From positions 160,001 through 224,000 of the forward strand of contig JAVHQC010000036.1 of NCBI GenBank assembly GCA_036170915.1: a stretch of DNA of 64,000 nt, read 5' to 3'. How positions within the stretch are numbered: position 1 is the stretch's first letter; the number at the start of each line of letters is the position of its first letter. Under the pieces are notes generated by a model, which was given only the letters and a program-made list of their open reading frames with translations, made no database searches and was not told where the DNA came from. The translations under genes and the position numbers were made by a program. Below, piece after piece: positions 10,653 through 19,186 of the stretch. This DNA is from Cyanobacteria bacterium auto_48_18 (GTDB taxonomy: Bacteria > Cyanobacteriota > Vampirovibrionia > Obscuribacterales > Obscuribacteraceae).

Positions 10653-11393
10653 TTATGTGTATAGTCCGCCGGACACTTCCAGCACCTGACCAGTAACGTA
10701 AGATCCGGGTCCTGCGAGAAATACAACAGCAGAAGCGATGTCTTCAGGCGTGCCCATGCGCTTTAACGGCACTCGATCGAGAATCTTGTTTATAATTTCC
10801 TCACCCAGGGCTTTAGTCATATCAGTGTCGATAAAACCAGGAGCGATGGCATTGGAAGTGATATTGCGCGAAGCATATTCAAGGGCCACGGTTTTTGTGA
10901 ATCCAATCAGCCCAGATTTGGCGGCGGCATAATTGACCTGGCCAAAGTTACCGTGCACGCCTGAGGTGCTGGCGATGTTGATAATGCGTCCAGAACGTTG
11001 CTTCGACATCACTTTAACGATGGGCTGGGTGACTTTGAAGGCTGATGTCAGGTTGGTATCGATAACCGCCTGCCATTGATCCTCACTCATCCTCATAAAT
11101 AGCGCGTCTCTGGTTATGCCGGCATTATTTACCAGAATATCGATGCGACCCCACTTGGCAATAATGGCTTCCACCATTTTGGCCACGCTGGCAGAATCTG
11201 TCACGTTACAAGGCACGGCAATGGCTTCAGCCCCACCAGCCTGAAACTCGGCGGCGGTTTTCTGGCAAAGTTCTTCATTGATGTCGCTAATCACGACTTT
11301 GGCACCTTCTTTTGCCAATGCCTGCGATATCGCTCTGCCGATTCCCCGGCCGGAGCCGGTCACTATTGCCACCTGGTCAGCTAACATGCCCAT
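10653..11393 (-). CDS. fabG: 3-oxoacyl-ACP reductase
   Basis: TGSGRGIG, NNAGITRD, YAAAK; next to acpP and fabF. Confidence 0.95.
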   Translation of the reverse strand: MGMLADQVAIVTGSGRGIGRAISQALAKEGAKVVISDINEELCQKTAAEFQAGGAEAIAVPCNVTDSASVAKMVEAIIAKWGRIDILVNNAGITRDALFMRMSEDQWQAVIDTNLTSAFKVTQPIVKVMSKQRSGRIINIASTSGVHGNFGQVNYAAAKSGLIGFTKTVALEYASRNITSNAIAPGFIDTDMTKALGEEIINKILDRVPLKRMGTPEDIASAVVFLAGPGSYVTGQVLEVSGGLYT

Positions 11394-11478
11394 GCTTTTT
11401 TAATTCCTTATACAAAGATGCACCCTTAATTTACCGGCTTGACCATTAAATGAGATCGTCTGTTGCCATCTGTAGCAA

Positions 11479-11504
11479 AAAAAATACCTTTGAAGGTATT
11501 TTTT
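11479..11504. repeat. Inverted repeat, terminator-like hairpin or operator upstream of fabG
   Basis: AAAAAATACCTT-TG-AAGGTATTTTTT. Confidence 0.5.
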
Positions 11505-11833
11505 CCAGAATTCTTTCCAGAATCCTTCCCCTGGGACCCCAGGTACCCCGGCGGTGGCGTTTACCCCCACTTTTGCAAAAATCACGGCTTCTTGAAAAAT
11601 ATTTGAGCGATTATGAGATCAGAGTGGGGAAATTACGAAAGGAATGATGATTCCCCTTAGTGACATTAGATATGCTTTCGATTAATCTCTTAACATAACC
11701 GACGAGAAGTCGACTACCCCCCCCGAGAGCAACATGGAGCTTATGGCGGGCCACTGTCGTGCATCTGTTTTAACAGCACTGCAAAATCAATTCTCTAGTC
11801 GGCGCAAGCAGGAATCTGGAGATCAAAAAACAA

Positions 11834-14800
11834 ATGGCTGAAGGCAAATCGGACCTATCCGTCTCAAAAGACAACAATGACTCTTCCAATCAACTAAAAA
11901 TTGACGTAGCAGAAAAATTCCATCAGTCACTGGGTTCAGATCCTTCCAAAAATTCCAAAGTTGGCGCCGAGACCAACGCAAAAGCAGAAGTGGAGAAACC
12001 AATTGCGGTTGATACCACAGTCAGTGGCCTGAAACGCTCAGACCTTTTAAGCCTCTCAGACAGAATGGCTCAGGGCAGTGCCGTCAAAGTCGAAACAAAA
12101 GCACCTGCCAGCGGCGAAGAAACGATCTTCGACAGTGCAGCAAAAAATTCAAAAGCCGCCCGGTACGCCATGGTCACAGCTGAAGGTCTGGCCTACTCGG
12201 TGCCTGGTGTAGCCAAAGCCATAGCACACGATGTCACCCACCCGCTCGAATTTGCCGGCAAGATGGGCATGGCAGCATCCATTGGTGTCGCCATGAAAGT
12301 AGCCTTGCCAAAATCTGGCGTCGGCAAAGCAATCGTCGGCACGGTAATGGGCTATTACCTGGTCAAAGACGCACTGCATCCGGTGCTTGATGCTTACAGC
12401 GCAGTCTCTGACACTAAAGACATGAAGACTATTCACACCGCCGCCGAAAAAATGGGCGACGGTATTGGTCTTTTTGCCTGGGACACTTACACCGGTAACA
12501 AAGTCGGCTTGAAGGCCGAGAAAATGACCGGCAACTTTATGGAAGCCAAATTAGGCACCACTCGCTATTCTAATTTTGAAAAAGCCAAAGTCGACTTTTT
12601 CTCATCAGATGAATATTTTGTCGGCCGCATGCTCAATAAAGTAGCCAAACCAGTGGATAAATTGGCAGGCGTAATTTCTGAGCGTATGACAAGAAAGCCT
12701 GAAGAGCCAAAAGTTTCGTTAGAAGAAGCAGTACGCAAATTCCAGGAAGTGAAAGAGCAAAATGCCTACACTTCTTTGAGCGCCAATATGCATTTCAAAG
12801 GCTTAGAGACTGCAGATGCCAAATCTCTCGGTTTCTCGCAGTCTTTAGATTTGTTAGTGCAAGGTCATGACCCACGCAAAATCACCAGTGTTGAAGCGGC
12901 CACCCTGCTTCATAGCAGTAAACCACTGAGCGTTGAAGCAATGCCCGGTAAACAAGTCAGCCCTAAACTGGAAGGCACCGATCCAGTACCTGGAAGCATA
13001 GTTAAATCAGTGATCGGTCCCGTAGATAAGGCCGGAGAACTGGTGCCACCCTCTAAACCAGGCGACAAGGCCCCCACCGATGCCGCAAACATATCAGGCC
13101 TGGAAGTGAAGCCAGCCGCTGTTGCAGTCACCAAGCCCTATACAACCAAGGCTGAACAAGAACTCAACGTCGGCACTGTTTCTAAACTGGCCGAAATGAA
13201 CACCAAAGAAATGAAAGAATGGCCTGACCAGCGCGTTCTCATTGCTGATGCAATTGAAACTTCACTGGGGCCGATTCATGCCGCCACCACCCCTGGTTAC
13301 AAGCCCATGGACCCAGGCTATATTCAGGCGCGCAACCAGGCCGTTGCCATAGCCAACCAAGTGCAAAGTGAAAAAGATTTGCGGTACATAGATCCGCTGC
13401 TCAGCCGCTTCACTTCCGCTACCAATCAACACATCTCAAAAGGCCTTAGCGAAACAGCCAATTACAAAAGAGAATTAGATCTTTTAGCCCAAGAAATTCA
13501 CAGTACTTTAGTGCGCAACATGAAGAAGGCGGGCATAGACCCTGACCAGGTTTTGGCCTCCAAAAACCCGCCTATCTTCTCCATTATGCATGACGGGGGC
13601 TCAGGCCCACACACCATGCGTCAAATCGATGGCGTCTGGAACGTCGACCATGTGCTTTATCCACGTAACATGGTTGGTGTCCGAAGTGTCACCACCAGTG
13701 GTATTCATGGCCACGAAATTGGCCACGACCAGTATGGTGGCATTCTCAAATTTGAAGAATCAATTCGCGAAAACGTGATCAAGAACGCTGTGGAAAAAGG
13801 CCTCGGCACTCGCGCTCACGATAAAGTAACGGTGCCTGGTCATGGAGACATGACGAAAGCACAGTTAATTGAACACATCTTCAAAGCCCAGGCTGACGAA
13901 AATACCGCCGACATCTGGGGCGCTGCCTGGACAGGACACAACGGCGGTGGAGCGCTGGGAATTCTGCTTCAGTCACTAAGAAAGGGCGGCCAGCTCGAAA
14001 CCAGAAACGTTTACGGCAAGGAGTTTATTCCTAAAGATGCTCCGCAAGACAATCCAATCGGATTTGAAGTGCATGCCTTTGACGCTTTGCGACCCAAAAT
14101 CGTAGCCGCTACAATGCGCGCCAGGGCCAATGGCGATCAACGTGTGCTTGACTATGCCAAAGCTCTAGATCGCTATTCAGATGAAGCCTCGCGGCCTGGA
14201 GACTATGTCTTCGCCAACATGGACAAGCCGGGCGAAACTATCACCATCACCAGAAAAGATCTGGAAGATGTAATTCCACACTTGATCGACGCCCAGATGA
14301 ATACTCCACTGCCGGCTCTGCAAGGAAAGACTTTCGGCGATATGCTGCCTGATCTCCCAGCCCACATGGCAAAAATGGATAATCTGGCCGACTTGATGGT
14401 TGATGCCGTTATCAAAAACAAAAAGCCAAGCGATATTCCTTTTGACACTCAACACTATTCCATCAATCAGGTCTTCGGCGCTGGCATGCCCGCGGCTTTG
14501 CGTCTGGTGGCAAAAGGGGTTGATGCTACTGAAGCCAACAAGTCAGTCAACAAAATGTCTGATTACTTGAGAGCCCTCTATCACGACAATGACCCTCACG
14601 TTGACCCGCTCAAGCCAACAACTCTACAAGCAATTAGATTGAATTCGCCCAAAGAACTGTTTGCCTCTTCTAAGCGAGTCGGCGTAGCCCTGACTGAGGC
14701 AACCGGCCGCACCATCGGCAGACAGGCTGATTTCCGCGAAGCAGTGGCACGAAACACAGCTGGCCTTGGTGGCGCACTGGGCGCCAATCTCACCGGCGAC

Positions 14801-15001
14801 TACTTCCGCGAGCAAAGGGCGGAAAAATTGCAGAACATGCACGCTCTTGATCTCAACCATGAAAACCTGAAAACAAGCGTCGCTTCAGCCAAAGAAGGTC
14901 AGTGGCTCAAATCTAAAGACAGAACTTTGAGCAATATCTCGTATATGCAAGGTGCTAAAAAACAGTTGCTCGAGCCTGACACAAGCCTTGAGAAGCCTTG
15001 A
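11834..15001 (+). CDS. Large hypothetical protein with C-terminal zinc metallopeptidase-like domain
   Basis: 1055 aa; GHEIGH (HExxH), ENTAD and HAFDALR motifs in M48-like order. Confidence 0.7.
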   Translation: MAEGKSDLSVSKDNNDSSNQLKIDVAEKFHQSLGSDPSKNSKVGAETNAKAEVEKPIAVDTTVSGLKRSDLLSLSDRMAQGSAVKVETKAPASGEETIFDSAAKNSKAARYAMVTAEGLAYSVPGVAKAIAHDVTHPLEFAGKMGMAASIGVAMKVALPKSGVGKAIVGTVMGYYLVKDALHPVLDAYSAVSDTKDMKTIHTAAEKMGDGIGLFAWDTYTGNKVGLKAEKMTGNFMEAKLGTTRYSNFEKAKVDFFSSDEYFVGRMLNKVAKPVDKLAGVISERMTRKPEEPKVSLEEAVRKFQEVKEQNAYTSLSANMHFKGLETADAKSLGFSQSLDLLVQGHDPRKITSVEAATLLHSSKPLSVEAMPGKQVSPKLEGTDPVPGSIVKSVIGPVDKAGELVPPSKPGDKAPTDAANISGLEVKPAAVAVTKPYTTKAEQELNVGTVSKLAEMNTKEMKEWPDQRVLIADAIETSLGPIHAATTPGYKPMDPGYIQARNQAVAIANQVQSEKDLRYIDPLLSRFTSATNQHISKGLSETANYKRELDLLAQEIHSTLVRNMKKAGIDPDQVLASKNPPIFSIMHDGGSGPHTMRQIDGVWNVDHVLYPRNMVGVRSVTTSGIHGHEIGHDQYGGILKFEESIRENVIKNAVEKGLGTRAHDKVTVPGHGDMTKAQLIEHIFKAQADENTADIWGAAWTGHNGGGALGILLQSLRKGGQLETRNVYGKEFIPKDAPQDNPIGFEVHAFDALRPKIVAATMRARANGDQRVLDYAKALDRYSDEASRPGDYVFANMDKPGETITITRKDLEDVIPHLIDAQMNTPLPALQGKTFGDMLPDLPAHMAKMDNLADLMVDAVIKNKKPSDIPFDTQHYSINQVFGAGMPAALRLVAKGVDATEANKSVNKMSDYLRALYHDNDPHVDPLKPTTLQAIRLNSPKELFASSKRVGVALTEATGRTIGRQADFREAVARNTAGLGGALGANLTGDYFREQRAEKLQNMHALDLNHENLKTSVASAKEGQWLKSKDRTLSNISYMQGAKKQLLEPDTSLEKP

Positions 15002-15060
15002 GGCCAAAAAATAGATAACAAAAATCGCACTAATTCGATTTTCAAGTTATCCTTAAACTG

Positions 15061-16530
15061 ATGAAGCCAATTCGACCAAATTTGCCCGTTAAATGTATGA
15101 CTTTGCTGCTTTTGCTCAGTCAATGCAGTATAGGACCCGTTTGCGCTCAATATGAAGACGAGTCACTGGGGCTAATAAAGGCCCAAGGGCAGTATCGCAG
15201 CGCTACTCAGATGTTTGCAATAGGCGACTATGGCAATGCCATAGGTTTATTAAAGCAAGCCCAGACCGGGGACGCGCGCAACAAACAAATTCCGCATCTG
15301 ATGGCCCTTTGCTACTCGCAACTGGGTGACAATAAAAACGCGGATCTTGCCTTTCGCTCGGCGCTTTCTCTTGATTACAATTTCATCGAAGCTCACAATA
15401 ATTACGGCATCTACTTTAAAAAGTTGAGCAAAATGGATGATGCGAAAAGGCAATTTAACGATTGTATTCGCATCAAACCAACTTATTCTAAAGCTCACTA
15501 TAACCTTGGCACAGTCTTTATGGAGCTGGGCGATCTTGACGCCGCTCTCGACTGTTTCCGCACTGCCACAAGGCTTGAGCCCACTTATTTTGAGGCCAAC
15601 CGCGATCTGGGTCTGGTGATTTTTCAAAAGTTTGAGCGAGGCGATGGCGGCGAAATTTCTGAGAGTTTGAGTAAATTAGAGATAGCAGCCAAACTGGTGC
15701 CAACCAACCCGACAATTCACTATCATCTCGCTAATATTTTTTGTTGCGACGGCAATCTTGATGAAGCTGAACTCGAATTTCGTAAGGCCTTAAAGCTAGA
15801 TCCCAAGCTAGCTATTGCCCACTATGAGCTTGGCCGGCTGCGTTATTTGCGTGGTGATCCAAACCGTGCGCTTTTTGAAATGAAAGAAGCGCAAAAAGTT
15901 AGCCCTGTTTACACGGAAGGCAAAAAATATCCTGCTGTAGACCGCGTCAAAATCAAGCAATTGCAAGCGAAATGCGAAGAATTGACTGAGAGTTATGACG
16001 CTGCCATTGAGTCTTTGAAAGACGTGGCCAGTCTGACAGCCAACAATGGCGAGACCATTAAACACATGGCAGAACTGGCTCGCATGGCTAGATCGAGCAG
16101 CAAGCGCAATGCCAAAGAAGTTGATCCAGCCGAAATAAAACAGATGGTTTCTCAAGGTATACGAGAAACCGAAAACGGAGATCTTGATGTTGCGAAAGCA
16201 ACGTTTAACAAAATCATAGAACTTGATCCTAAGTGTTGGCTGGCCTTTCAAAATCTCGGACTGATTTTCGAAGCGGAAGGCGATTTACCCCAGGCTTCGG
16301 TGCAGTATCAATCGGCCCTCGACCTCAAGCCAAAATTTGATGGTCTTTATTACAACATGGCCTACCTGCTGGAAAAAAACAACATGAAAGCCGAAGCAGG
16401 CGCCTGGTATAAGCGTTTCCATGAACTGGCGGGAAAGTATCCTTACGATCCCAAGCATATTGTTTCGCTGCAGCAACAATTAGCCAGAGAACAAGTGCGC
16501 GATCAGGCCAGTCGCAAACGCAACTATTGA
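15061..16530 (+). CDS. Tetratricopeptide repeat protein, probably exported
   Basis: Repeated AHYNLG/AHYELG TPR units; signal-like N-terminus. Confidence 0.88.
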   Translation: MKPIRPNLPVKCMTLLLLLSQCSIGPVCAQYEDESLGLIKAQGQYRSATQMFAIGDYGNAIGLLKQAQTGDARNKQIPHLMALCYSQLGDNKNADLAFRSALSLDYNFIEAHNNYGIYFKKLSKMDDAKRQFNDCIRIKPTYSKAHYNLGTVFMELGDLDAALDCFRTATRLEPTYFEANRDLGLVIFQKFERGDGGEISESLSKLEIAAKLVPTNPTIHYHLANIFCCDGNLDEAELEFRKALKLDPKLAIAHYELGRLRYLRGDPNRALFEMKEAQKVSPVYTEGKKYPAVDRVKIKQLQAKCEELTESYDAAIESLKDVASLTANNGETIKHMAELARMARSSSKRNAKEVDPAEIKQMVSQGIRETENGDLDVAKATFNKIIELDPKCWLAFQNLGLIFEAEGDLPQASVQYQSALDLKPKFDGLYYNMAYLLEKNNMKAEAGAWYKRFHELAGKYPYDPKHIVSLQQQLAREQVRDQASRKRNY

Positions 16531-16579
16531 AATATTCGTATGGCCCGATGCTGGTCTGCTTAAATGCTAGAATCTGGCC

Positions 16580-17458
16580 ATGAGTAAAGCTGTTTCAACC
16601 CTCACCCTGCAAAAATATAAACGTGATGGCCGCAAAATTGTGGCTCTTACCGCATATGACTATTCTATGGCCAAAATTCTCGACAAGGCCGGCGTCGACC
16701 TCATTCTTGTAGGCGACAGCTTAGCTATGGTCGCTCTTGGTCATCGCACTACCCATGCGGTCACCATGGAAGAGATGCTGCACCACACCAGAGCCGTCAC
16801 TCGCGGTGTCACCAATGCCATGGTGGTGGCAGATTTGCCCTTTATGAGCTATCAAGTCGATGTCATTCAAGCAATCACTAATGCCGGAAGATTTGTTAAA
16901 GAAGCCCAGGCCCATGCGGTTAAACTCGAAGGCGCAACCAGGCTCAATCTCGAAATAATTGAGCGGCTCGTGGGCATGGGAATACCAGTGATGGGCCACC
17001 TCGGCTACACACCACAGGCCATACACGGCTTAGGTGGTGCCAGAGTACAGGGACGCTCGGCAGACGAAGCCGTCAAATTGATTGATGATGCCAGAGCCTT
17101 AGAGATGGCAGGTTGTTTTTCAGTGGTACTGGAGATGGTGCCAACGGCAGTGGCCAAAGCAGTAACCGAAAGGGTCAAGATTCCTACCGTTGGTATAGGT
17201 GCTGGCAACGTTTGTGATGGCCAGATACTGGTGACTGATGATTTGATGGGAAAATTTACAGATTTTCTGCCGCGCTTTGTACGCCGCTACGCAGACCTGA
17301 GCCAGGTTTGCCAGGATGCAGTGGGCAAATATGCAGAAGATGTGAAATCAGCTAATTTTCCTAATGCCTCAGAATCTTTTCTTTTGCCAAAAGACGAAGA
17401 AGAAGAGCTGATGCGAAAGCTTGCTCAAGAAAGTGTCAGCTCAGGCGAAATTTGTTGA
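16580..17458 (+). CDS. panB: 3-methyl-2-oxobutanoate hydroxymethyltransferase
   Basis: LTAYD, LVGDSL, VKLEG, GHLGYTPQ, GIGAG..CDGQILV. Confidence 0.97.
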   Translation: MSKAVSTLTLQKYKRDGRKIVALTAYDYSMAKILDKAGVDLILVGDSLAMVALGHRTTHAVTMEEMLHHTRAVTRGVTNAMVVADLPFMSYQVDVIQAITNAGRFVKEAQAHAVKLEGATRLNLEIIERLVGMGIPVMGHLGYTPQAIHGLGGARVQGRSADEAVKLIDDARALEMAGCFSVVLEMVPTAVAKAVTERVKIPTVGIGAGNVCDGQILVTDDLMGKFTDFLPRFVRRYADLSQVCQDAVGKYAEDVKSANFPNASESFLLPKDEEEELMRKLAQESVSSGEIC

Positions 17459-17484
17459 TATTTGGTTGATGCGACTTTTTAACC

Positions 17485-17506
17485 AGTGCCGAGTCGGTAC
17501 TCTTTT
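17485..17506 (+). terminator. Probable intrinsic terminator of panB
   Basis: Short hairpin AGTGCCGAGTCGGTACT followed by CTTTT. Confidence 0.5.
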
Positions 17507-17628
17507 AAATGTATAAGAAATTTTACAACCTTTAAGTTGTACAACCATACAACCTAGCGGTTGTAAAAATCCTTAGGCGGCGAATCAAGTACCAGCTGAA
17601 AGTAACAGTTAAAAGTAAGAGCGCAAAA

Positions 17629-17883
17629 CTAACAGCTATGACACGAATGGGTACTGCATGAGCCGCAGCCACCACCTGAAGACTTAGATGAGGAGCTGCT
17701 TTTAGAACTTTGTCCAACGTCTGGTGTACTGCCGCTGCTTCGCAAAATCATATTCCAGATGCGCGAAACATTGGCCGATCCGCAATCAGAACAGTTGGTA
17801 TCAGATGAGTCACTCATTGAGCGCTCTACTGTAAAAGTGGTGCGACAATTTTCTTCCATACAGCGATAGTCGTAGTTTGGCAT
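17629..17883 (-). CDS. FmdB-family zinc ribbon protein
   Basis: MPNYDYRC....C, CSDCGS, Ser/Gly tail with CGSC....CHSC. Confidence 0.88.
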   Translation of the reverse strand: MPNYDYRCMEENCRTTFTVERSMSDSSDTNCSDCGSANVSRIWNMILRSSGSTPDVGQSSKSSSSSKSSGGGCGSCSTHSCHSC

Positions 17884-17888
17884 TTTAT

Positions 17889-19136
17889 TTACTTGGCTGC
17901 TTCTGGTTTTGCTTCTAGTTTTTCTTCTGGTGCAACTGGTACTTGTGGTGCAACATTCTGAATCTTGATTTTGTCATCAGGTTTTGGCGCGCTTTTTGCG
18001 TCTTTCTTTTTAAAATCGAGATCGCCCTTGACCCAGGCCTGCACATCATTAACAAGAACGATTACCATCAGCGCGATTAAACTGAGGAAACCCCATTTAA
18101 CAATTTCACCCTGAGCGCGCTCTTCCATTGGTTTACCTCGCAAAGCTTCAATCAGCATGAATGCAAGGTGCCCGCCATCGAGAGCTGGCCATGGCAACAA
18201 ATTGACGATAGCCAGATCCATTGAAATCAAAATCGTAAACATGAAGAGCTGGCGCCAATCTTCACTGGCAAAATCAGCACCAATTTTGACCACGGCAATC
18301 ACACCGTGGAAGTTTTCGATACCAGGTTCGGGTTTACCATCTTTGCCTTTCGCGCCTGGTTTAATGATGTTATTGGCCACGCCCTGGAACATTCTGCCAA
18401 TAGAATTGACCATCTGCGCAGTTTGCGTTGTCAGCTCTGTGGCGGCAGTTGAAATTACTTCCACTGGTCCACCGTCGATTTTCACATATTGCACTTTTGG
18501 TGCCAGAGCCATACCAACCTTGCCGTCCCGATTTGGCGTCATTGCTAAATCGACCGGCTGACCGTCGCGTTTGAGGTGTAAAGTCACCGGTGTCGATTTG
18601 CGGGTGCTCAAGTAGGCAATTACATCTTCGGCAGTCTTGACTGATTTGTCGTCTACCGCAATAACTTCGTCTTGCACCTTAATGCCGGCATTGGCAGCAA
18701 TCGGATTAGTTTTGACCAGTTCGTTGACAAAAATACCTTGTGGAATCGGCTTGCCAAGGGCTACCAGCATTACTACCATCACCAGGTAGGCAAAAATTAC
18801 ATTGAAAGTTACGCCGGCCACAGCTACTAGAGCTCGTTGCCAGATAGGGAATTTCTTAAAAGGAGAAAGTTGTACGCCAAAAACTTCACTTGAAGCGTTT
18901 GACTCGTCTCCAAGCTCAGGAATTGCGACATAGCCGCCAAGCATGCAAGCGTGAATGCGAAACTCAGTGCCCCAGCGTTTGCCCACGGTCCACGAGGGTC
19001 CGAAAGGAAGCCCCAGGCCGAATACCGGAGTTTGAAAACCAAAAAATCTCGCTACCAGAAAGTGGCCGCACTCGTGAACAATAATCAACGTGCTCAATAT
19101 GGCGAGCATCATGAAAACACCGAAAGCTTGTTCCAA
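17889..19136 (-). CDS. rseP: RseP-like site-2 (M50) intramembrane protease with PDZ domain
   Basis: HECGH, LGGYV, NLLPWPALDGG. Confidence 0.93.
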   Translation of the reverse strand: MEQAFGVFMMLAILSTLIIVHECGHFLVARFFGFQTPVFGLGLPFGPSWTVGKRWGTEFRIHACMLGGYVAIPELGDESNASSEVFGVQLSPFKKFPIWQRALVAVAGVTFNVIFAYLVMVVMLVALGKPIPQGIFVNELVKTNPIAANAGIKVQDEVIAVDDKSVKTAEDVIAYLSTRKSTPVTLHLKRDGQPVDLAMTPNRDGKVGMALAPKVQYVKIDGGPVEVISTAATELTTQTAQMVNSIGRMFQGVANNIIKPGAKGKDGKPEPGIENFHGVIAVVKIGADFASEDWRQLFMFTILISMDLAIVNLLPWPALDGGHLAFMLIEALRGKPMEERAQGEIVKWGFLSLIALMVIVLVNDVQAWVKGDLDFKKKDAKSAPKPDDKIKIQNVAPQVPVAPEEKLEAKPEAAK

Positions 19137-19186
19137 GACCTGAATCCCCTGCCACTGCCGAACGGATGTATATACTGGCAGGGCCG

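Noticed and set aside
11717..11724. C8 homopolymer as a phase-variation switch
   Set aside because: Short tract, not clearly placed between promoter elements
17485..17506. Resemblance to the Cas9 tracrRNA 3' hairpin (CCGAGTCGGT...TTTT)
   Set aside because: No cas genes, anti-repeat or array in the window; the position fits a panB terminator
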